A stretch of DNA of 45,350 nucleotides, counting the filler, from Sphacelaria rigidula (lineage: Eukaryota), in the NCBI GenBank assembly GCA_964200075.2. It is 2 parts of 2 records of this genome, joined end to end, with 100 filler letters (N's around TTAATTAATTAA, not from the genome) between each part and the next. Parts side by side here need not be neighbours in the genome. Positions count along the whole stretch, not along the records: positions 1 to 22,637 come from CAXNAA020000323.1; 1 more part is not named here. One strand, written 5' to 3'. How positions within the stretch are numbered: the stretch's first letter is position 1; each line of letters opens with the position of its first letter. The notes beneath the pieces are model-generated. The model saw nothing but the letters and a program-made list of their open reading frames with translations. It made no database searches and was not told where the DNA came from. The position numbers were made by a program, and so were the translations under genes. Of the stretch, positions 13,291 through 22,737 are shown one piece after another.

Positions 13291-13864
13291 CTGCGAGTTT
13301 GTACATGACGCAAACCGAAGGGGGGGCAGCCAGAGTCCGCACATGGGCGATGGAGCGGAGGGGGACAGGGGGAGAGGGGGAGAGGGGGATTACTGACGAC
13401 TTGCCGGCGCTGGTTGAGCAAGTATGCTCGCACTCTCTATAATTGAGTTCAAATTGAGTACCGTCAGAAGTAAAGCTCCTAGTCTCAGATCAACGGAAAT
13501 ACCTGCCAACCAGATCGAGGTGCATTCGGTCTCGATGCGCTTGGTCAGATATGTCTTCGAACAGCTGTGGGTTCTAGTTATGGTGCTGTTCTCCCTGTGC
13601 GTTGTAGCCGCAGAACAGAACATGCTTACCATAACAACACTGGGTATGGGCACCAGCTCCTTTCGCCTACAGCTCTACATCACGGAGGCTACCGGCGGTG
13701 GAAGCAGGTTCTGCGTGGGCACCTACCAACACTGTGACCAAGACTCGCTTTGTGAAACATATTGAAGAAAGGGCACATCGTACACGCACATATCACACTG
13801 AATCCGTGAAAGACTCGTAACGGCAAACGACTCCAGAGTCAAGTTGATCACGCCCAAGACTTAC

Positions 13865-13956
13865 ATCGAACACGAGGCCAGGAAATCACCCGAATGGTGG
13901 AAGGAGACTCCCCACACAGCTTGCGTGTGGTCCTCAAACGTTACCGCACAGCTAGC
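13865..13956 (-). CDS. SPAG16: SPAG16/PF20 exon (WD40)
   Basis: ttgcag|ASCAVTFEDHTQAVWGVSFHHSGDFLASCS-AT|gtaagt, 92 nt, ends in phase 2. Not in the ORF track. Confidence 0.93.
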
Positions 13957-14381
13957 CTGCAACACGACAGTACAGAGCGGCGCAAACCAGGCCACTGTGT
14001 AATTCGTGCCTATCACGTTTTGTACACCGGTGCACTACGGACGGCCCACACAAAACAAAACACCAGGGGTGGTGCTCGGTCAATGGCCAGGTGACTAAGG
14101 CAAGCAACAAATGAGTACGCCCTCTTCTCTCGCTCATCACTTTGGGCTGGCACAGGTGTCCAGTAATGGCCGTGTTCAGGGTGGCTGCACGCGCATCAGT
14201 TCCTCCTTCTACGTATCAACATGTATATATGAAAAAGCGATGGTCACACAAAAGGGTATCCTCAGCTCCTCGCTCGAACAACATCTCCCCTCTCCCCTCT
14301 CCCCTCTCCCCTCCCTCCCAATCTCCTCCTTTCCCAGGTGGCCGATCCCTCACAACAAGACACACTATGTTCGCATGTCAC

Positions 14382-14564
14382 CTGCAGGAAATCCCAGATC
14401 TTGACCTTGTTGTCGCCCGCTCCCGTAGCGAGCATGGTTCCGTGAGGGTGAAACGCCACACCTGACACCCAGTTCCGGTGTCCTTCACCGCTCATGAGAA
14501 GGTCACAGTTTGGTACGGACCAAACTTTCCACGTCTCGTCGTCGCTCACAGTCGCGATTATTGC
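14382..14564 (-). CDS. SPAG16: SPAG16/PF20 exon (WD40)
   Basis: ttccag|AIIATVSDDETWKVW...GHRNWVSGVAFHP...GDNKVKIWDFLQ|gtgaca, 183 nt. Confidence 0.95.
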
Positions 14565-15053
14565 CTGGAAACCGTCAGGAGGGGTGACGATAGGAAGTGC
14601 TCATTGGTCAAGATAGCTCTCAACATATCAAATTTTGGCATGGAAAGCGCAATGAGATTATCGATTGCTGTGGCGAGTGCGCATGGCTTGTCTTCTGCGC
14701 AGTCAGCGGCTGCTCGTCGCTAGTCAAGATCGCAAAGTGAGCGAAAAGCTGACCAATGTACGGGGATGGGAAAAGCTGGCTGTCTCTCGATGATCACCAT
14801 GTTTGCCCTGTTCCGATGGAGAAGGTACAGTATGCCGACAGTAATGTCAAAATTCGTGTGACCCACTCGCTGTCTGGAGGTACCGCCAGTTTATTCTAAA
14901 CGTTATGCAGGAAGATATGGAAGGCGTTACCGGCTTACCGCACAGCTGTTTCCTCAGTAGCGGATAAACAACTCTTGCCAGGTGTTTTCCGGCACTTATG
15001 ACTCTTATCAAACATGAAGTGCATGCGTGTTTCATCTTCGTGGACGCACGGAC

Positions 15054-15173
15054 CTTTCTTGGATGAAACGCCACAGCAGAAACCGAATTGAGGTGCCCCT
15101 TGAAGCTCTTCCGCAGGGCGAACCTCTCCACCGGCGGAGGCTGGAACACTAGGTCTAAGAAGGGGTTGGTCAC
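15054..15173 (-). CDS. SPAG16: SPAG16/PF20 exon (start of WD40 repeats)
   Basis: ctgcag|VTNPFLDL...SFKGHLNSVSAVAFHPRK|gtccgt, 120 nt. Confidence 0.92.
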
Positions 15174-16112
15174 CTGCAGGTACGCGGCAACACACAGTCG
15201 CGGGTAGGGGGCAGTAAAGGCGAGAGACGTGGATAGACCATAAGATAAAGATTTGACCCCTAATCTTCAGATGAGACCCCTAATCTTCACGCATACATGG
15301 TGCGGAAACGGTCTTAATTTATGCTAGTAAGGCAATTTACATAGAGAGAAGGTATCGCGATGGAACCATGGGCGCTTCTCTAGGCCGTCACATCGTACGA
15401 TAGCTTCCTTATTTTGCGTCATCACCATCGGGAAAAGTACACGCGCAAGGAAGAGTGCATCGGACATCTTCTTCCAAGCAGTTTTATTGGTCCTGGATTT
15501 GTACCTCGGTCGGCGAATAGAAGCAGGTCACACTGTGTGATCGGGAACTCCGGAATAGCTAAGCGGTCACGTTCGGCTGCAACGAACTATGTCCGTGAAA
15601 CCAACCGAGCATACGCTAGTATGAAGAATTGGGAACATCGCCTCCCCATGATCTTCTTGTGAAACACACAATCTCCGAAGCAAGATCGTTTGAACCTTCC
15701 TTCATGATCGGTTTCTCACGAAAAGCTAGACGCTACTCTAAATCAGCTGACTACCTGTTCTTTCACTCCCCTCTCACTAATGAGCGCCGGCATGTTGAAG
15801 GTGTCTCTATTCGGAGTAGGAACGGTGCTCCGTCTCGAAAGGGCGAAAGGGATGTGTGGTCAATAGTCGCACGACTAAGGCAAGCAACAAATGAGTACGC
15901 CCCCCCCCCTCACCATTTCTATGACTGCATTACATCGAAACGGGTTCGCACGACGTGTCTCCTCGCGCTCGCAGGCGTCGTGTTGACGATGCAGCATCTA
16001 TCTACAGCTGCGGTGCGATAGACATCTTGGGGTTCAACATTGCTTCTGAGCAGCGTGCCGTCTGTGGCGACCAGTTCGTGGTCTCACGACCAGTGACTTC
16101 TGCTTCACTCAC

Positions 16113-16319
16113 TGTGTCTTCCGTGGGCAGTTTAGAGTCGTTTTTTTGCTTTCCCCCCATCGTCGGTTGTACGTTCTTTGACGTCGTGGCGAGTGGAGAA
16201 AATAGATGTTGGCCTGGCTGACCGGGACCTCGTGCAGCGCGACCTGCAGCACCCTCAGTACCCCTCCCCGCTGCTTTTTCTGTGCTGGAAGTGTCGTTAT
16301 CACCGATACCTCGATCATC
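16113..16319 (-). CDS. SPAG16: SPAG16/PF20 exon (low-complexity linker)
   Basis: ctcctcag|DDRGIGD...GGKQKNDSKLPTEDT|gtgagt, 207 nt, in frame with neighbours. The linker is poorly conserved, so internal structure is less certain. Confidence 0.75.
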
Positions 16320-16451
16320 CTGAGGAGAAACTTGAAACGGGTAAAGAGTCACTGATTTGGACCTATGCAAGCGTTTTTAGCACCCAATGATGCTTGAAAA
16401 TGGGGTCCAGAACTCAGAGTACATATCTATAGCGGCACGGCGTGATATATA

Positions 16452-17200
16452 TGATTTGTTGGTTTTGATTTATTGATTGGTTGTCGTACTCTAACTGACC
16501 CGCCAGGGATGCAGCCGTGGTCACACAATATACGTACCCAAGATAAAAGCAAACTGACACACTCGCTAAAGAAAGAGAAAGAAGATATAAAGTCGAACAA
16601 AACGACATAGTAGACTAAGACGTGAAAAGCAAATGAATAAAAAGTCAAGGAAAGCAAAGTACAGAAAGAAACGGCCGGTCTAAAGCAAAAAAGGAGGGTG
16701 TATATGTATATATATATATATACACACATGTTTTTTTCTGTTTTGCTTGTTCACAAGCCGTATTAGTGTATGCGTCTCGCTTCTGTAGAGTTCGTGGGTA
16801 AGAGCTCTCGTCGCGAAAGGTGCTGCCAAGGTAGTTGAGTCCGAACAGGGTGGAAGGCTGCTTCCTCCCGGGACCGGTACTCCATGTACTCCATGTACTC
16901 CATGTGCATCTGAACCTGGTGTATTTCTTGTTTGTTGCTTTCTCTTTTTCTTTTCTGCCCTCAGGCATAGCGTTAGGGTTGGCTTCTTCTTGTTTTCTCA
17001 TTTTCAGTTGACGTCAATTTTTCCCTCTCCTTTGTTTTTCACGTTTCTCCTATTTCAAGGTACCCTTAGCGAGTGCCTACGTTTAGTTCTCTTGGGTACG
17101 TCTATCTGGAGACTACGGCTAGATTCGTAGGGGGATCAGTTGATGTTCATGTGTGACAATCACTGAATCATTTCATGCATGCACGCATTTATTCAATCAA
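16452..17200. repeat. Two oppositely oriented LINE 3'-end remnants
   Basis: Minus copy has GCCGTGGTCACA at 16514-25 and a TGATT tail. Plus copy has GGGTACGTCTATC...GACTACGGCTAGATTCG near 17093-17127 and a CAATCAA tail. Confidence 0.65.
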
Positions 17201-17750
17201 GCAACCGACCAATTTATGATCGACACTTTTCATTGGGACCGGCAACATTTCTTGGCTTGGTGTCGTTTTTCATTGTTACAACGTACTCCGGATGTGCTCT
17301 CATATCTTTCAGTTCATTTTCAATCTCGTTTCTTGTTGGGACTTTCCTGCAGCGAATGTTTCCGCTTGGGTACATTCGGTATGTCTAGTTGGAAACTCCG
17401 CTGAATTGGTAGGGGGTCAGCAAATGTGCCACAATAAGCCAACCATCCAACTAATCGAACATTCAATCAAGCTATCATGTCAGCAAGGGGAGCAGACACC
17501 TTGTTAATCCGGTCGATTGGATATCAGCTGGACATACTCGATGTTATCCGATGCCCACTGAGCGACTTTGTACTTGCAATGATATATGCTAAAGAACGGC
17601 GAGAAAAGTTCTAGATACAATGTTGAGGTGCCTCATGAAAAGAACTGTGTGGGCTCATGACGGCATTGCGTTTGTAATATACAACACTGCGTGGTGTGCG
17701 TTTTTGTCTAACATGGTGACCAGACATGATGTATGGCGATGATACCGCAC

Positions 17751-17843
17751 CTGCATAGCCTTTATCTGTGCTTCGATCGCCTCATTCTTGGCCTTCACCC
17801 GGTCGCGCTCAAGCTTCATCAACATTTTCTCTTTCATGGCCAG
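17751..17843 (-). CDS. SPAG16: SPAG16/PF20 exon (coiled coil)
   Basis: cag|LAMKEKMLMKLERDRVKAKNEAIEAQIKAMQ|gtgcgg, 93 nt. Confidence 0.92.
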
Positions 17844-19231
17844 CTGTGACGGCGATTCCGTTTTGGTTGTGCATATACAAACAGAGCATAGTCGGGAACC
17901 GTACCGAGAGATCCAGAGGCACAGAAAATGGAAACATGGTCAATCAATTACATGTTCGTGTGTCCGCTCAACTCGGCTGTGATCTTCACGAGCACTACCA
18001 TGTTGTGGGCACGGCCTTCTCCATATGAGACGTGGATATCTCAGATAGACGTCCAGCTGGGATACTATGTCAAAATGAATATCCATGCGGGATATCGAGC
18101 CTTTCTGAGATACCCATCTGGGATGTGCGTATCCCTTTGGTATATCCATCTCGCACATAGGGGACATCCGTAGGACAACGACATCCATGCGGGATATTGT
18201 CAATCCAGACGGATCTCCAAGGCGAATATCCCAGACCGATCTCCATATCCTAGATGAGCGTCAATCCGGGATATGGATGGTATGAGAGGACTTACCATTG
18301 CATCCAAGAATACGAGGCCGATGAAACACCTTGAGTGTCGTGCAGCACAATCGGAATGTGATGGATGGAAGTTTCATGGGAGGATCGTGACACCTGCTAT
18401 CATGGGGAGACAGTCGAATACCTCCCCATGGGAAGTCCTTCTATTACACCCGTGCGGGTGGCAAGGATTCTGCCACTCGATCCTCTTTTTGTCTACATGG
18501 TGATGCACCGTGCCACCATTGACATCCTACCACCGCAGCCCAACGCAACCCAACACTACCCGACCGTACAACCTCATTCGCACCCCTGGCGAAGGCAGAC
18601 GGTGTACTCTCGTGTGCAGGGGATCCACCCGAGATATCATGGGTATGTCGCGGTAGTGCAATGGTACCACCATGGAAGGCGCGGCCCATGGAAATGGCAT
18701 GGGAACATCGTGACAGTGGTATGAAGCTATCATAGAGGTATCGCGCGAAATGCCTCCAAGATGTTGTGCCAATGCAGTGGGGTCTTGATGAAAGCATGCC
18801 AACAACCTCACAGCATTGCCATGATATTCACACCGTGCCCTCTTGGGTTAGGTATAATCCTCACAGGAAAACCATACCTCACCATGAATGGAATAAGCTC
18901 TGCGGCCAATATTGCCGCACGTTGAGCGTTTCGGTAGAGAGCATTTCTAGCGTAAAGGTAAAGGTGGTCGAAACAACTATCGGAAGGTGATGCATTTGGA
19001 GGTGAAAGTACGCACTACGAAATTGTCACAGGGAACAGCTTGTTTAGCATGGATCGACAGAGGACAATCTATATTGGAACTTATCTTAGCCTCTGACCAA
19101 GTACCTGGCGCGATGCAGGGTATATTTTGACGCTTTTATCATATATCCTGTGCCGGGTTCAGCGCGGGTTTCGTCTGGTCTGCAATGCTCGCAGAGTGCG
19201 GGCACCAGGCTGTGTCGACGAATGGCCTCAC

Positions 19232-19324
19232 CTGGTACTTGCGCTCCAGCTCTTTCAGCGTGGGCTCATAGGCCTTGAAGTGCTTTTTCAGTCGCTTCAG
19301 ATCCGTAGCCATCCTTGATTTCTC
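19232..19324 (-). CDS. SPAG16: SPAG16/PF20 exon (coiled coil)
   Basis: cag|EKSRMATDLKRLKKHFKAYEPTLKELERKYQ|gtgagg, 93 nt, phase 0/0. Confidence 0.92.
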
Positions 19325-19999
19325 CTGAACGGCACACGATAGATATCAGAAGCGATAATTTCAGGTTGCATGATACGTTGTCGGAACGTTACACCCAAAC
19401 CTTCGGTGATCATAATCATGTCAGTCACAAGAGTTGACATTGTTGGCATGGACTGCGGTTGAGGGTGTGCAAACCAGGAACGTTCGTTGGTAGTTATAGT
19501 GCAGGGATTCGACGTTGATGCACATTGAACCTATGGCAGCGGTGACGATGAGAACCGGATAGCTTCCTCGTACATTGGTAGAATCGCTCGTTTAAGTGGG
19601 CCATGTTCGTATTGGGAGGGTAGTTGTATGCATGGGGTTATGATTATTGCAAGAAACGAATCGTGTGGAGGCTGCAATTCACGAATGCTATCAGGGAAGG
19701 AGAAATAGACTAGTTTGATGTGAGCAAAAAGTATCAGTAGATATGACCAGATCCTGTCAAGTGTAATTATGAACACGGGTCAAAGTGAAGTGGTGAGATC
19801 ACCGCGGGTAGCAGAATGAAGGGAGGCGGAAGAAGAGGAGCCAGCAAGTTACAAGAGCATTGATGCTGGCATCAAAGGGTTCAGAACCAAGCGGTTACAG
19901 CGTTCTCAGTTCCAAGTTGGTACACTTAGTAAAACAAGATGGGCGTTTCAAAGCGAGTCTGTGTTTGAGGAGATACCCTCAAACTCAGGGAAAACGGTA

Positions 20000-20233
20000 T
20001 GCCCCTGTCTCGTCCTATCGGTTGCTGACGTTTTCCCTCAGCTGGCGACTTTCGCGACGTTTCCTAGCCGTGTTTATGCATATGGTGTACGTTTTCTCTT
20101 GATCCCTTCTTCTCCCACTTTCCCGATCTCCCGCCTTGTTCCATTTACTCCTCACCCCTCTTTCGCTTTTTTTCGTTTTTTTTTTCTTTTCCCGCTGTTA
20201 TTTTTTGTTCATGACTTTGTGTTCGGATTTTGT

Positions 20234-20271
<38 letters not shown>

Positions 20272-20299
20272 TGTTGTTGTTGCTGTTGTTGTCATGACC

Positions 20300-20334
<35 letters not shown>

Positions 20335-20602
20335 CAGACAGCTGGGTCGCAACCTGCTTGCACGGCCACGTTTATTCTTGTTTATCTGTTAACGGTCTCA
20401 TGAGCGGGAAGCCATACGGCAGGGGCATATCTCTTTTTTGGTTTCTGCTCCGCTGTGTTTTTCGTCTTCTTTATTTCCCTTCCTTCCCTTCTTTCCTCTC
20501 GAGCTTTCTCAGCAAGTGTCCCTTCAATTTACCTTGGGTAAATCTATCTTGTGACCACGGATGGATTCGTAGCAGATTGATGAGTGTGCGATAATCAATC
20601 AA
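20000..20602 (+). repeat. LINE 3'-end remnant containing (TGC)n/(TGT)n microsatellites
   Basis: T-rich body, microsatellites at about 20236-20332, TGTGACCACGGATGGATTCG at 20550 and an ATAATCAATCAA tail at 20591-20602. Confidence 0.7.
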
Positions 20603-20733
20603 GAACTCATTCACGTAAACGCCACGTTTCTGATAGGGAAATCGGCGGAGCTCCTCGACATCTCGACATCTCGACATGGTGGAGGGACGTCTTCACAGGG
20701 CCGTTCAAGTGACATAGCATGACCAGGTAGGAA

Positions 20734-21173
20734 CAGCCTATCATCGAAATCGAGGATTGAGCTTTTTATTGAGGGTGAGAACCCGGAGAATTAAATTCTT
20801 CGTATCCACACCAGATCTTTGAAATATGGTTCCATTCCCTCACCTTCTGGTGACTGGTGACAACTGGTACACGCTATACAAAAATGGATTTCGATGACCG
20901 AAATGTTGGGGTTCTAGGTGAAGAAATAAGTTTGGGGAAATTAAGTGATCCGATCGCATCGCCGAAATTCCCCAAACTTGTTCCTTCACCTAGAACCCCA
21001 ACAGTTCGGTTATCAGAATCCAAATTTGTATGGCGTGTACCAGTTGTCAATAGCTACCAGTACGTGAAGGAATGGAACCACATGTCGAAGATTTGGTGCG
21101 GGTACGAATATTGTAATTCTCCGGGTTCTCATCCTCAATAAAAAGCCCCATCCTCAATTTCGATGATCGACTG
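20734..21173. mobile_element. Foldback/palindromic MITE, about 440 bp
   Basis: The two arms of about 215 bp are reverse complements along their whole length (e.g. GAGAACCCGGAGAATTA / TAATTCTCCGGGTTCTC and TGTTGGGGTTCTAGGTGAAG / CTTCACCTAGAACCCCAACA), with the centre near 20950. TSD not clear. Confidence 0.85.
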
Positions 21174-22637
21174 ATTAGAGCGGCTAACCTGCTTAGCACG
21201 GGGCTTTGAGAAGCAACCAGACACGTACCGTAATTATTTCTTCAGCATCGATGCGCTCTATCTATACTATAGTGACCTGGGATAGGCACGTGCAAGTCAG
21301 TATCCACACCGGGGACAGGGAAGGAGCTGCCAGAGGTACTGGAGGAAGCGGAATACTTCCACGTTGGGGAAACCAGGAAGTACAAACTATCCTGAGATAT
21401 ACATTGTACTCGGCGCAGTGAACTCTTTGTGGCTTTTGCTACCTTTTTCATCACCTAAGCCGAGGGGCATCTAAACCTGCTACAACCCAGATGTTCGATA
21501 CCAAGAGAGTACTGTAACACTTTAGAGGGAGGCCAAACGCCATCATCACGCATCGGAGGGGAGAAATCGATATGCCCAGAGGTGCTTCCGATGAGTCACA
21601 ACGGGAGGTCAAATCCTGCACGTGGAAGGTCAGCTGTAAAGTAGGGTGATTGGTTTCACGACATCACTGAGGTAAACGATGGCCGAGTCGTCGGCAGAGG
21701 CCGACATGCAGGCAGTGGTTCTCTGCAGCAAGGAGGCGTGAACTGGTCGGTGATGTTGGGGAGGCTTCGGACAAGGAGCACCACTTTCCTCGAGTTTTCC
21801 CTCAACAGTCAAAACGGATTGTATTCTGAAACGAAGGGCATAGCCAACCGAAGGACACTGCACAATTTCTTGCCTGCCTAGTTACTCAACAAATGAACCC
21901 AACAAAGCCGGATTATCCTCAACCACGTGCCTGGATATTTTCAACTGAGCCACATTCCCACCGAGTGGTTGCCTAGCGTCCTACGTAATGGAGCCAAGTA
22001 CAAGGTAGGAGACGGCTTGATCAGAGAACAAATGTTTACGACTGGTACTTCCTAACCGTGCCGTTTGCATGGTGCTTTTGAGGTAACTTTGCCACACAGC
22101 TAAGGCGAACATGGCTTCAGCGGCAAGGGCGCAAGGCGCAAGGGGGAGAGTAACCACTAGCTGTTACGAGGGTTTGAGTCATGGTGCGTTTCGGGACTCG
22201 GAGTGGCAGTTTTGAAAACAGGGTGTTCTTTTTAATGGGGAGACCTCAGAAGGCATACGGAGAAACGTCAGGGTACTAATAGAAAGGTTGCGTGTTTTAG
22301 AAACGGCTAAAGTTCCGACATTCCGAGATTGTTATTTGACTGTTTGTTCACATACGTGACATCACGCGGTTAGGATGGGTCAAGAAAAGGAACTCATTGA
22401 GACTTCAAATCGGGATGGCCAACAGCGAAGAAGCAGGGAGAGAATGCATTTTGCAGTAAACATTGTGTTTACAACAAAACGCGGTGTGAAAGATGGGAGA
22501 GTGATTTGAGAAGGGCCAGTGAGGTATCAACTACAACAGAGTACCGAATGAGAGTACTAGCGGAAGTATCGGCTGTCTGGTTCAGAACGGTGTAGATGGT
22601 TTGAATGATATGCTTCCGATCTAGCACGCGGGGGGGG

Positions 22638-22737
22638 NNNNNNNNNNNNNNNNNNNNNNNNNNNNNNNNNNNNNNNNNNNNTTAATTAATTAANNNNNNN
22701 NNNNNNNNNNNNNNNNNNNNNNNNNNNNNNNNNNNNN
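22638..22737. other. Artificial contig-joining spacer N44-TTAATTAATTAA-N44
   Basis: Exactly 100 bp and symmetric. The central 12-mer has stop codons in all six frames. Confidence 0.95.

Larger units (their letters stand above)
9463..19324 (-). other. SPAG16: Gene span (5'-partial): SPAG16/PF20 flagellar central-pair WD40 protein, 10 coding exons visible
   Basis: Manual splicing of 19232-19324, 17751-17843, 16113-16319, 15054-15173, 14382-14564, 13865-13956, 13116-13290, 12752-12811, 12102-12260 and 9463-9600 gives one open frame. All introns are GT..AG and phases are consistent. The coiled coil 'DLKRLKKHFKAYEPTLKELERKYQLAMKEKMLMKLERDR' followed by WD40 repeats ending 'SSDCTFRLWS*' matches PF20/SPAG16 as I recall it. 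N-terminal exons were not found before the assembly spacer. Confidence 0.93.
19790..22150 (+). mobile_element. Highly decayed Ty1/copia pol remnant (RT + RNase H), interrupted by later insertions
   Basis: PSGYSVLSSKLVHLVKQDGRFKASL (about 19887-19961; compare SKWVFKxKxDGxFKARL). VSTPGTGKEL (about 21300). SKPATTQMFDTKRVL (about 21470-21515). AESSAEADMQAV...KEA (about 21680-21740; compare ALSSAEAEY). IILNHVPGYFQL (about 21910-21950). Purine tract AAGGGGGAGAG at about 22140 could be the PPT. Confidence 0.72.

Noticed and set aside
19961..20392. 143-aa ORF with poly-Ala/poly-Cys
   Set aside because: It is a translation of microsatellites and a T-rich LINE 3'UTR.
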